Shown here piece after piece: positions 41,709 through 53,118 of a DNA stretch of 64,000 nt. A model generated the notes under the pieces. The model was not told where the DNA came from. It searched no databases and worked only from the letters and a program-made list of their open reading frames with translations. Source of the DNA: an uncultured Chloroflexia bacterium (GTDB lineage Bacteria; Chloroflexota; Anaerolineae; CG2-30-64-16). Each line of letters starts with the position of its first letter. Positions within the stretch are counted from its first letter, which is position 1. The stretch covers positions 224,001-288,000 of the forward strand of contig CAVZDU010000003.1 in the NCBI GenBank assembly GCA_963774265.1, in the 5' to 3' direction. Position numbers and translations under genes: made by a program.

Positions 41709-43006
41709 CTAATCCTCTTCCGCCAGCTTGAATGCTTTCTTGAGATCCGGCGATCTCCGCCTCCCCGATGGGCACGTGGCTGCCGATCAGCGCGGTGTCC
41801 AGCAGCGACCGCGCGCTGAACTCGGCCACTTCCAGGCGGTCGAATGCCTTCAGAATGCTGGATGCCGTCGTCATCACCGCGTCATTTTGGATGAGCAGTA
41901 CCGGCGTGGCCTCAGACAGTGCATCCGCCACGCGCTGCGGCTCGCGGAACTGGGTCCCATAGGGGATCACCGGGATGTCACGCAGCAAGATGAACGATTC
42001 GGGGATGGTGCAGGTGTCGAATCGCTGCTCGCTGATCGCGTACGCGGTGGCGTGGGGTGACTGGGCCGTGATGATGCAGTTGATATCAGGATGGCTCCGG
42101 TAGATCGCGTCGTGCAGTCTCACCGACCGGCTGGGCAGCTTGCCCGCCTCCCGCTTGCCCTCCCGGATCAGCACCAGGTCGTCAATCTCCACACTCCCGC
42201 GATCGCAGCCAGTGGGGGTGATCAGGAAGCTGCGGTCGTCCAGGCGCGCCGACACAACGCCCTCCGTGCTGATCATCAGGTAGCGATCCACCGCCCGATG
42301 CACGATCTCCGCGATTTCCTGGCGCAGCTCACGCTCCCGGCTGGAGAAGACCTCGTGCCGGAACTCGGGCAGCAGGTTGTACTGCACGTCGAACGGCAGG
42401 AGCTGCTCCTCGGTCAAGGTGCTGATCTTGCCCAGGCCCAAAGCCTTCATCTGCGTGCGCGCGCAGAAGTCCAACGTCTCCAGCCGGTGAAACGCAGTCA
42501 ACAGGATCTGGTCCACCGGTGGCGATGCCGTGATTTTCCAGGAGGACGACGTTGTAGCCCTTGGCGAACGTGTCGGCGATGCTCTCGCCCAACGCCTCGC
42601 TGCCTGGCAGGGCGTACGGCGCGTACCCCACCAGGCCGCACACTCGCCGCGCCTGCGGTATGATGTCGGTCTTAGGAGTTTCGCGCACGATGCTGAACGA
42701 GACCAGCGCGGGCGGGTGCGCGTGAACAACGCCGCGCAGGTCAGGCCGTTGGCTGTAAATCGCCCGATGGAACGGAAACTCGGACGACGGGCTGTGTGGG
42801 CCGATGATACTGCCGTCGGGCCTAACGCAGATAATGTCCTGGGGGTTCAACTTGCCCTTGTCGACGCCGGCCGGAGTAATCCAGATGCTATCGTCGTCGT
42901 CCCGGATCGAAAGGTTGCCGCCTGACAGCGTGGTCATCCCGTTGCGGTAGATCCGGTTCATGATAGCGACCAGTTGGTCGCGCGGGTGAAGTAATTGAAA
43001 GCGCAT
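41709..43006 (-). CDS. Tandem two-domain class II aldolase/adducin protein (frameshifted)
   Basis: Domain 1 has [17 protein letters not shown] and ENHG; domain 2 lacks the His ligands (TAQS, QNDA). Confidence 0.85.
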
Positions 43007-43105
43007 AAGAGTCCTTTTCGTGAACCGGCGATCGAAGTCGCCCTCTGACACGCCAAGGGGGCTGAGACGCACTCGAAGACGCAACCCGAACCCACTTCAG
43101 CGGGA

Positions 43106-43867
43106 TTACCATAGCCCCGGCACCAGCGCCCGTCGCTCAGACGGATAATCCGGGAAGTGCTCCCGGTACCAGCGGTGATTGAAGTACGCCCGGGGTGCAA
43201 GATTGGCAATGGTCCAAACGGCGAAGGCCAGGCCGGCCGGCGACCAGGTTGCCAGCGCCCAACCGCACCATTCGACAATCTCACCCAGGTAGTTGGGGCA
43301 GGAAACGAACCGGTAAAGCCCACCGAATGGGATGCGGTAGGAGGCTTCTCCCTCCTTGCGTAGGCTGCGTAGATTGCGGTCGGCCCAGCGGTTGATTGTG
43401 TATCCGACAGCAACCAACACCATGCCGGCAACGAATCGAACATCGGTTAGCCAACTTGCCGGGTAGCCACCGGAGAGTGTGAACAGATAATAGCCGTTGA
43501 GCCAGGCGTTCATGAGGTTGAAGCCCGCGCCCATCGCGACCACAGCCACCGGCATGCGCTTGCCCGAGGTCCGCAATTCCAGTGGATAGATGAACGCCCG
43601 ATGGACGTAATGAGCTTCCCACACGAGAAGAAAAACCCACGCCGTTGAGGTTCCGCGGTGTGTGCCGAGTACAAAGCACAGCGCGAACATCAATGCTGAA
43701 GGCGCCTCCATCAAGATCCAGCCGACGCGATTCGTCAGGGACGGCCCCCAGCCCCGTCGGCTGTGCCGCCCGTACGGGGCTGCGATGAAAAACAGGCTTA
43801 CGAAAACCCCAACCGCCAGAACAATCCAGGCGATGATGATTGCATTAAAGACGAGGTTGCTGATCAC
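43106..43867 (-). CDS. 3-oxo-5-alpha-steroid 4-dehydrogenase (steroid 5-alpha-reductase family)
   Basis: APYGRH, W.LMEAP, HYVHRAFIYP, Y.IP.GGL..VSCPNYLGEIVEW, NLAPRA..HRWY. Confidence 0.9.
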   Translation of the reverse strand: MISNLVFNAIIIAWIVLAVGVFVSLFFIAAPYGRHSRRGWGPSLTNRVGWILMEAPSALMFALCFVLGTHRGTSTAWVFLLVWEAHYVHRAFIYPLELRTSGKRMPVAVVAMGAGFNLMNAWLNGYYLFTLSGGYPASWLTDVRFVAGMVLVAVGYTINRWADRNLRSLRKEGEASYRIPFGGLYRFVSCPNYLGEIVEWCGWALATWSPAGLAFAVWTIANLAPRAYFNHRWYREHFPDYPSERRALVPGLW

Positions 43868-44859
43868 GTCGGATGGTGCTCCTCAAACCAGTGCCAGGTA
43901 TCCGTCATCGTGTCGCGCAATGGTCGCGGTTGATGGCCTAACTCCCGCTCTGCCAGCGCATGGCTGATATGCCGGTTGCCCCGCAGCGGCCGCAATCCCG
44001 AACCGGTCAGCAGGGCGCGCTGACCGGCCAAGGCACACCAGGACGTCACAAGCGGCGCAGCCAGCCGGGCCAGCCACATGGGACATATCCAGCGGGGCAC
44101 CCGGGCGCCGTTGATCTCATGCGCGAGGGCGGCGAGCTCTCGCAGTGACGCCCAGCGGCCTCCCAGTATGTATCGCCGGCCGGCCGGAGAGCGCTCCTCG
44201 GCGCGAATCGCAGACGTGGCTACGTCGCGAACGTCCACCCAGTTGAATCCGCCCTCGACCAGCGCAGGCAAGCGACCGCCGCACAACGCCAACAAGCCCG
44301 CATTGCAGGGGGTCAACCTGTAATCATGCGGCCCGATGACGGCCGTCGGGTTGAGGACAATGGCATCCAGGCCCTCAGCCAGCGCTTGCCGCACGATGGC
44401 TTCGCCAGCGGATTTGGAGCGGGCATAGAGTGTACCAGTACGCGAATCGACCAACGGGCGCTGTTCATCCACCGGCACATCGAGCGGCGTCTCGACAAGC
44501 GCCTCGATGGAGCTGAAATGCACCAGGCGACGGACGCGGTTGGCCCTGCACGCCTCCACTACGTTACGCGTACCTTCCACATTGATCGCATGGAGACGAG
44601 GCCAGTCGCCTGATTCGATGGTGACGTAGCCCGCACAGTGATAGACCACATCGGCGTCCTCGAAAGCATGCCGCAGCGATGCAGCATCCCGAACGTCGCC
44701 CGCACGGGTCTCTACGTCCATCCCGACCAGCCCGCGTCGATCCTCGTGCACCAACGCGGCCACGGTGCGCCCCTGCGCCAGCAGGCCACGCACCAGGTTG
44801 GCGCCCAGGTGACCCGAGGCGCCCGTAACGATGGTGGTTCTCAAACCCGTCGAACTCAC
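43864..44859 (-). CDS. Extended SDR, 3-beta-HSD/dihydroflavonol reductase/HpnA-like
   Basis: VTGASGHLG, HFSS, YARSK, VDVRDVA; GTGA overlaps on both sides. Confidence 0.88.
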   Translation of the reverse strand: MSSTGLRTTIVTGASGHLGANLVRGLLAQGRTVAALVHEDRRGLVGMDVETRAGDVRDAASLRHAFEDADVVYHCAGYVTIESGDWPRLHAINVEGTRNVVEACRANRVRRLVHFSSIEALVETPLDVPVDEQRPLVDSRTGTLYARSKSAGEAIVRQALAEGLDAIVLNPTAVIGPHDYRLTPCNAGLLALCGGRLPALVEGGFNWVDVRDVATSAIRAEERSPAGRRYILGGRWASLRELAALAHEINGARVPRWICPMWLARLAAPLVTSWCALAGQRALLTGSGLRPLRGNRHISHALAERELGHQPRPLRDTMTDTWHWFEEHHPT

Positions 44860-46143
44860 CTGGCGGCCTGGCGTTTGGACTGCACTTGCGACTCGTATGC
44901 CTTGATCTCGGCCATGAACGCGCTGTCGAGCGGCAGATCGTGCTGTAAGCAGAAATAGTCCCACGCTGCGCCCCAGGGCAACCCCTTCAGCGCTTCAAGT
45001 AAAGCCAGCCGATTCGTGTAGTCGCCATCGCGTTCCAGGCTGACCAGTTGGCCGAACGGCTCAAGCAGCGCCATGAGCAGCGCGCGCTGCATCGTCGCGC
45101 GTTCCGATGACCCACGCGGCCACCCGGTTGATGCTGGCATCGAAATAGTCCAGGCCAATATGCACCCGGTCCAGGAAGTCGCCGCGCACCAACTCCTGGC
45201 CAATTGCCTGGAGATCGTCGCTGAGTGTCACCACGTGGTCGCTGTCCCAGCGGACGCCGCGGCTGACGTGCAGCAACATCTCATCCACGAACGCCAGCAC
45301 CGCGGACAGCTTGTCGGCGATCGTTTCGGTGGGATGGTAATGGCCGCTGTCCAGGGTCACCAGGGTCTTATTCGTGATAGCATAACCCAGGTAGAATTCG
45401 TGCGAGCCGACGACGTAGCTCTCCGAGCCGATGCCGAACAGCTTGCCCTCGACCGCGTCCAGATTGTAGCGCCGGTCCACAGGGTGTGCCAGCACCTTGT
45501 CAAGCGAGTCTTTCAGGAGCTGTCGCGGTGTCTTGCGGTCGGCCGGGGTGTCCTTGATGCCATCCGGGATCCAGATGTTGGTCACGCAGGGCGTGCCGAG
45601 CTCACGGCCGAACGACTCGCCGATGACGCGGCAGGCGATGCAGTGGTCGATCCAAAACGCGCGAATCCCTTCATCGTAGCTGGCCAGGGTGAGCCCGCTG
45701 TCGGCCTTCGGGTGAGAAAAGAGGGTCGGGTTGAAATCCAGCCCATGCCCACGCTCCTTTGCCCAGGCCGTCCAGCCCGCAAAGTGTTCTGGACGCAACG
45801 CATCCCGCTCCACCTTGACCCCGTCCGTTTCCGCGTAGATTGCGTGCAGGGCCAACCGGTGCTTGCCCGGAATCAGGCTGTAAGCCCTGTCCAGGTCTCC
45901 CCGCAACTCCTGCGCGTTGCGCGCCTTGCCGGGATAGTTGCCCGTGGTTGCGATCCCGCCGGTCAGTTCGCCGCCGGGGTTCTCGAAGCCGCCCACGTCA
46001 TCGCCCTGCCAGCAGTGCAGGCTGATGGGGATCGCCGCCAACCTCTTCAGGGCCGCCTCGACATTGACGTCGAGCGCAGCGTAGCGTTCGCGCGCCAGCT
46101 CGTAGGCCTCACAAATCTGCCTCTCGGTCGCGTGGTTACTCAT
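44856..46143 (-). CDS. rhaA: L-rhamnose isomerase (frameshift near 45095)
   Basis: [62 protein letters not shown]. Confidence 0.96.
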
Positions 46144-46231
46144 GCCTCTCTCCCATCGGTGAATCGTGCCCAGGTATGGATCGTTTTGTCCCTATTCGGT
46201 GAAGCTGCGCAGGGTTAGCCGCGTAGGTGCA

Positions 46232-47793
46232 TCATACCACGGGCAACCCAGCCGCCATCATCTCCTTCAAACGCGCGTACGCTTCGTCCCAGCCGCTTCG
46301 CGGCCCCGGCTCGAATGTCAGCACATCGAACGAATCAGCTACGACCTGGCGCGCCTCAGCGTAGGATCCCAGGAGCCCCAGGGCGACCGCCTGCACCAGG
46401 ATGTTGCCCGCAGCCGTGGCTTCGACCGGGCCGGTGACGACCGTGTGGCCGGTGGCGTCGGCCGTGAAGCGCGAGAGCAGCCGGCTTTGCGTGCCGCCGC
46501 CGACAATGTGGATCGGCTCCAGCCGGCGGCCCAGCATCTCCTCCAGCCGCTCCAGGACCAGCCGGTACTTGAGCGCAATCCCTTCGAGGATGCAGCGGAC
46601 CAGCGCCCCTTTCTCATCCGGCACGGGCTGGCCGGTGCGCCGGCAAAATGCCCGAATGCGCTCCGGCATGTCGCCCGGCTTGCAGAAATCGACGTCATCG
46701 ACGTCGATCACGCAGCAAGAACGGACTCGCGCCGGCGGCCATCTCGGTCCATTCGGCATAGGAACGCGCCTCTCCCTGGCCGGCCCACGTGCGCCGGCAC
46801 TCCTGCAGCAGCCACAGCCCGATGATGTTCTTGCAGAAACGGAAGCTGCCGCCTGCGCCTCCTTCGTTGGTGAAGTCGTAGGCCAGGCTCTGTGGGGTGA
46901 TCACCGGTTCAGGGAGCTCGGCGCCCATAACCGACCATGTGCCCGAGCTGATCCAGGCGAAATCCGACCCTCTCGCAGGCACCGCGGCCACGGCCGACCC
47001 GGTGTCGTGGCATGCCGGCGCGATCACGGGTATGGGGCCGGTCGCCTGTCTCCTCTGCCACGGAGGGCTGCAACGGACCGAGCACCGTTCCCGCGGGGAC
47101 GACCAGGGGGAAGATGTCGACGGGGATCTCCATGGCGTCCAGCAGCGGCCTGGCCCAAGCCTCGCGTCGCGGGTCGTAGCATTGCGTCGTGGTGGCGATG
47201 CTGAACTCGCAGACAGGCTGGCCGGTCAGCCAATAGGTGAACAGGTTCGGCATGGGAAGCAGTGTTGCAGCTGCCTCCAGTTCCGGCGCGCGGCTCAGGG
47301 CCATTGCCAATAGCTGGTAGAGCGAGTTGATCTGCAGGAACTGGATGCCGGTCTGCTCGAAGATTTGGGCCCGCGGCAGCCGCCGGAACGCCTCCGCCAG
47401 CATGCCATCGGTGCGGCCGTCCCGGTAGTGGTACGGGTTGCCGATCAGGCGGCCGTCCCGGTTCAGCAAGGCCGAAATCGACTCCCCAGGTGTCCACGCC
47501 GATGCCCGCCAGCGGCCCTTCCTGGCTGGCAGAGGCGATGCCCTGCTTGATCTCACCCCAGAGCCGCAGCACATCCCAGTGCAAGCTGACTGCGACCGTC
47601 CCTGCCCGGCACGGCGGACCGGGCCGTTGGGGAAGCGATGCACTTCCGACAGGCCGAGCCGCCCGTCCGTCGAACCGGCCGAGGATCGCGCGTCCACTCT
47701 CCGCGCCGAGATCAAGGGCCACGATGTTGGCCGTACGTCCCCGTGTCTCGTGTGAGAGCCTCTCCGCGTCTCCGCGTCATGCATCGCCGTCAC
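46232..47793 (-). CDS. rhaB: Rhamnulokinase (FGGY family; frameshifted)
   Basis: ALDLGAESGR, DTWGVDF, YRDGRT, HDTGSAV, SSGTWS, TNEGG, GPVEATAAGN. Confidence 0.92.
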
Positions 47794-49084
47794 TCACGCC
47801 ATCAGCAAGTGCGGCTTCTCCACCAACTGCACCACTCGCTGCAGGAAGCGCGCGGCCGGGCCGCCGTCCACCAGGCGATGATCGAAGGTCAGGCTGAGCC
47901 AGACGCATCTGCCGCGGCTCGACGTGATCGCCGATCCAGACCGGCTGCGTCTTGATGCGCCCCACGCCCAGGATGGCGCACTCCGGCAGGTTGATGATCG
48001 GCGTGAACGCGTCGATGCCGAACATGCCCAGGTTGGTCAGCGTGAAGGTGCTGCCGGTCAGCTCATCGGGCGTGCATCGGCCGCTTCGGGCGCGCTCGGC
48101 CAGCGCGGCTGTCTCTGCGGCCAGCTGCGCCAGCCCCTTGCGGTCGACCTCTCGCACCACCGGCACCAGCAGCCCGCGTTCGGTGTCCACCGCCAGGCCG
48201 ATGTCGATCTGCGGCCAGATCTTGATCGCGTCATCGTCCAGCGACGCGTTGAGCGTGGGTGCTCGGCCAGCGCCTTGGCCAGGATGGTCAGGAAGAGGTC
48301 GTTGTACGATACGGCGACCCCGTCGGCGGCCAACTGCCGGCGCAGCCCCACCAGCGCGGTCGCGTCGACCTCGGCCGTCAGCGTCACCGGCGCGGTCTCG
48401 GCTGTGGCTCGCGGCCATGCGCTCGGCGATGAGCCCGCGGATACCCGTGAGCGGGATGCTCTAGCAGGCCGGACGCCGGACTGTCGGTCGCTGGCGCCGC
48501 CGAGCCCTCTGGCTCACCGCCCGTTCGACATCTTCCTTCGTAATCTGCCCGCGCGGTCCGCGAACCCGCCAGGGTGCGCCAGTCGAGCCCCGCATCTTCG
48601 GCCATGCGCCGTGCGACCGGTGTAGGGGAAACCCCTTGCGGCCGTCGGTCGCCTTCTGACGCCGGTGGCGGCGTAGGGGCGGTCCCTTGCAGTCGCCTTT
48701 CCCCCGTGTACGCCCCCACATCGCGCTCGACGATCGCGCCCTCTGGCCCGGTGGCCCTCACCTTGTCCAGCGGCACTCCTTCGCTCTCGGCCAGGCGTCG
48801 GGCGCGCGGCGAGACAAAGACGCGCTGGGGAAGGGCAGACGATGCAGGCTCTTCGATGGTCGCGATCGCGGTCAGCACCTTCACCTCGTCGCCCGCGCCA
48901 GCGCGTCACCCCAGCGCAGCACGCCGCTCGCGGGCGCTTCCACGTCCAGCGTCGCCTTGTCGGTCTCGACGGCGAACAGCGGCTCGCCCTGCTGCACTGC
49001 GTCACCTTCGCTCTTGTACCAACTCACCAGTGTGAGCGTATCAACCGTTTGCCCCAAGGGGGGAACCAGCACTTCGGTCGCCAC
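47794..49084 (-). CDS. 2-oxoacid/acetoin dehydrogenase E2 dihydrolipoamide acyltransferase (set 2; frameshifted)
   Basis: VETDKA lipoyl site, two SP.ARR.A peripheral-binding domains, TNLG..FTPIIN, TFDHRLVDG. Confidence 0.9.
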
Positions 49085-49116
49085 GGGGAGATTTCGCACT
49101 AGTCATGGGGCACCTC

Positions 49117-50132
49117 TCAAAACAACGCCTTGACCGCGGCGACCACCCGCTCGACGCTGGGCACGTAGAACTGCTCCATGACCGGCGCGAAGGGCGGCGG
49201 CACGTCGGGCGCGGAGACGCGCTTGATCGGCGCGTCCAGCCAGAAGAACGCCTCCTCGGCGACGATGGCCGCCAGCTCGCCGGCCCAGCCGCCGGTGAGG
49301 TTGTCCTCCTCGACGATCACCAGCCGGCCGGTCTTGCGCACCGACTCCAGGATCAGCTCCTTGTCGAGCGGCACCAGCGTGCGCGGGTCGATCACCTCGG
49401 CCTCGATGCCCTCCTTGGCCAGCTCCTCGGCCGCGGCCAGGGCCCGGTACATCGTCAGCAGCTTGCCGACGATGGTCACATCCTTGCCCTCCCGCCGGAT
49501 GATGCCCTTGCCGATGGGCACCAGGTAGTCCTCGTCCGGCACCTCGCCCACCGGGCTGAGCGCGCCCTTCTCGGTGCGCGGTCCCTTGCTGCCGTAGAGC
49601 AGCTTGTGCTCGAAGACGAGGACCGGGTTGTCGTCGCGCACGGCGCTCTTGAGCAGCCCCTTGGCGTCGTAGGCGGTGGCCGGCGCGACCACCTTCAAGC
49701 CCGGGGACGTGGCAGAAGAACGCCTCCAGGCTCTGCGCGTGCTGCGCGCCGCGGGCCGTGGCGCCCACCGGCGCGCGCATCACCATCGGCACCTTCGACC
49801 GTGCCGCCCGACATGTAGGTCATCTTGGCGGCCTTGTTGACGAGCTGGTCCATCGCCAGGAACAGGAAGTCGCCGTACTGCACGTCGGCGATGGGCCGCA
49901 GCCCGGCCATCGCCGCGCCGACCGCGACGCCGGCCAGCCCCAGCTCGGAGATCGGGGTGTCGAGGATGCGCTCGTGGCCGAACTCGTCCGAGAGGCCCAG
50001 GGTGACGGTGAACGCGCCGCCGAAGCCGCCGGGGATGCCGATGTCCTCGCCGATGCAGAAGACGCGCGGATCGCGCCGCATCTCTTCGCGGATGCCCTGG
50101 CGCATCGCCTCGGCAATGCTCATCTGGGTCAT
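49117..50132 (-). CDS. ThDP-dependent dehydrogenase E1 beta (set 2)
   Basis: [43 protein letters not shown]. Confidence 0.92.
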
Positions 50133-51154
50133 CGGACACCTCCGACGGCTGCCGCAGCGATCGGCACTGGGCCCTTCGCCGTAGAACACATCTTCCAGCG
50201 CCTCTTCCGGCGCCGGCGAGGGGCTGCTCTCGGCGAAGGCGACGGCGTCGTCGATGGCCTCGGCGACTTCCTTCTCGATCTGCGCCAGGGACTCATCGGT
50301 CGCGAGGCCGGCGGCCATCAGATGGGCCGCCATGCGCTGGATGCGGATCGCGGCCGGCCCACTCCTGCTTCCTCCTCCTTGGTCCGGTAGGTGCGCGGGT
50401 CGCTGCGCGAGTGGCCGCACAGCCGATAGGTCTTGCACTCGAGCAGGGTCGGCCCGCCGCCCGCGCGCGCCCGGTCGATGGCCCGGCCCGCCGCCTCGTA
50501 GCACGGCCAGCACATCCATGCCGTCCACGATCTCGCCGGGCATGCCGTAGCGCCGCAGCGCGGTCCGCGATATTCCGGATCTTGAACGTCACGCCGACCG
50601 GGGTCGAGGCGGCGTAGAGGTTGTTCTCGCAGACGAACAGCGCGGGCAGGTCCCAGATGGCGGCCATGTTGAGCGCCCTCGTGGAACGCGCCTTCGTTGG
50701 TCGCGCCGTCACCCAAGAAAGCAGACGGCCACGCTGCCCGTCGCCCAGCCGCTTGCACGCCAGCGCCAGCGCCCGTGGCCAGCGGAATGTTGCCGCCGAC
50801 GATCGCGATGGCGGGGATCATGCCGACGCTCATGTCGCCGACGTGCATCGAGCCGCCCTTGCCCTTGCAGCAGCCGGTGCGCTTGGCGAACAGCTCGGCC
50901 ATGATCGAGCGGAGGCTACGCCCTTGGCGATGGCGTGGCCGTGCGGCCGGTGCGTGCTGGTGACGTAGTCGCTGTCGCTCAGGTGCGCGCACACGCCCGA
51001 CCGCGACCGCCTCCTGGCCGATGTAGAGGTGCAGGGTGGAAGGAATCTTGCCCTGCATGAACAGGTAGTTGCAGCGCTCCTCGAACCGCCGGATGGTCAG
51101 CATCTGGCGGTACATGTTCAGTTGGAGGGCGCTTTCAGGCCGAGAATCCTGCAT
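50129..51154 (-). CDS. ThDP-dependent dehydrogenase E1 alpha (set 2)
   Basis: HLYIGQEA, THRPHGH, GKGGSMH, GDGATNEG..ENN, YRLCGHS. Confidence 0.92.
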
Positions 51155-51179
51155 GTGATACAGCCTCCCGATGCTATGT

Positions 51180-52081
51180 CTATGCCTTGTCCGGCGCTGC
51201 CGAAAAGGCGCATCATCTCTTCGACCACGACTTGCATTGCCACGCGACCCGCGGCAGCACGTCGGTGGCGAAGCCGGAGCCAATGACATCGTACGGGTTG
51301 TAGGCATCGCCTGCGGCGACCGCGGCGCTGCCGCAGCGCCTCGAAGTACGCTCGCTTGATGACGCTGCCCACGTTGATCTTGCGGATGCCGAGACGGGCA
51401 GCCTCGGCCAGATCGGCGCGATGCACCGATGTCGCACCGTGCAGCACCAGCGGCACCGGCACCGCCGCTTTCAGCGCCGCGAGGCGGGCCAGATCGAGCC
51501 GGACCTGACCGCGGCCGTGCAGGTGCACCTGGCCGATGTTGACGGCTAACGCGTCGATGCCCGTGCGCTCCACGAAGGTCCGCGCCGCGTGCGGGTCGGT
51601 GAGGTGGCGGTCATCCGGCACGGCAGACAGGTCACCACTGATGCCCGGCAGCGAGACCATCTCCGCCTCGACCGCGACCCCAGCGGGATGGGCCCGTGCC
51701 ACCGCCTGGCATACGGCGTCCGTCTGCTCCGCCAGGCTCATCGCTTCGTCGCTGAACATCGTCATGTTGAAACCCAGCTTGATGGACTCGAACACCCAAT
51801 CGAGGTGCGGCGACTCGTTGAACAGGAAGCAGCAGGGCACCGACAGATCGCGACAGACCGCGAGCCCCATCGCCGCATACGGCGCGAGGCGGTCGCGTAC
51901 GATACGTTCGGGGTGCGGGATGTAGATGCCGCTGAAGCCCAGGATCACCGGTGAGCGCGTCGCCTCGGCTGCGTCGGCCACGGCCAGCAGACTTTCCAGG
52001 TTCCAGCTTTCGAAGTAGCCGACGGCATAGCCCTTGCGTTCGGCGTCGGCCATCAGAGTCGTGAAAGGAAACGAGTGACAT
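51180..52081 (-). CDS. Class II fructose/tagatose-bisphosphate-aldolase-like protein with atypical metal site
   Basis: GYAVG, VEAE, LTDP, DALAVNIGQVH, PLVLHG, KINVG; FNE replaces the usual LDH. Confidence 0.85.
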
Positions 52082-52162
52082 GAGTTCCTTTCGCGATGGG
52101 AACGTGATGCGTGAGCGGATGGGTCACGCGACGCATGTGTCGTTTTCGCGGCCTCACGGCAA

Positions 52163-53118
52163 TCAGGTCGGGGCCAACGGGTCGCCGGAGTGTAAACTGA
52201 CGCCCCGACACCATGGGCCGCCGTCTGTGCGTGGCCGTCCGCGGGTCGCACAGAGTTCAGCCGCAAGGCGCCCTGCCCGGTCGCCACGGTGCACGTGCTC
52301 CGGCCGATGGCGAGCACGGTGCCGGGCGCTGTGGTGGGCGCCGCCGCCGCCAGTTCGGCGGCCAGGACGTAGACGCGCTGCCCGACTGTATCGAAGTAGC
52401 ACTGGCCCGGCGACGTGCTGATCCATCGGCGCAGCTGCACGGCCGGACGAGACCAGTCGAGCCGAAAGTCCGCCTCGGTCACGGACGAAAAGTAGGAAAC
52501 ACCTGCGCTCTCCCTGGGGTGTCGGGCGCAGCCGCCCCGCCTCGGCGTCCGCGATCAGCCGGCCAACCAGCGGCACGCTGCGGACCATGACCCGGTCGTA
52601 CAGGCTCGCCACCGAGTCGTCGCGGCGGGTGCGGACGCGCACCTGGTAGAGGATGTCACCGGTGTCCAGGCCGTTGGCTCATCACGTGGACGGTCAGTCC
52701 GGCCCAGGCGTTCGTCGTGGCGAAGCGCCCAGAAGAGCGGATGCTTGCCCCGGTAGGCCGGCAGCAGCGACGCGTGGAAGTTGGCCGCCAGCAGACGCGG
52801 GACCTTCAGACTCTCCTCCTTCAGCAGGTTGAGGTAGCCGACGGCCAGGAATAGGTCGGGTCGGAGGCCAGCCAGCGTTCGGATGAACTCAGGTCGGTTC
52901 GGGTCGAGCAGGCTCGAACGCGGGGATCCCGTGCTCGCGCGCGTATTCGACGAAATGCGGCGCGCCCGCTTGCGTTCGTGTGTTGGTCGAGGTGCGGCGT
53001 GCAGGCGGCACGTCGACCACCGCGACCGTGATCGCAGGCCACCTCCTGCAGCGCCGCGAAGTGCACGGTTGCTGAAGACGCTGTCCGAGCTCCCGAAGAA
53101 GACCGCTCGCACCGTCAT
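52163..53118 (-). CDS. Fmt-like formyltransferase (frameshifted)
   Basis: NFHASLLPAYRGKHP, DTGDIL; Fmt-like C-terminal domain. Confidence 0.85.

Noticed and set aside
40930-42729. 599-aa triple aldolase fusion in the ORF track
   Set aside because: An extra base near 41748 hides a TAG at 41709-41711; the downstream gene has its own RBS and ATG
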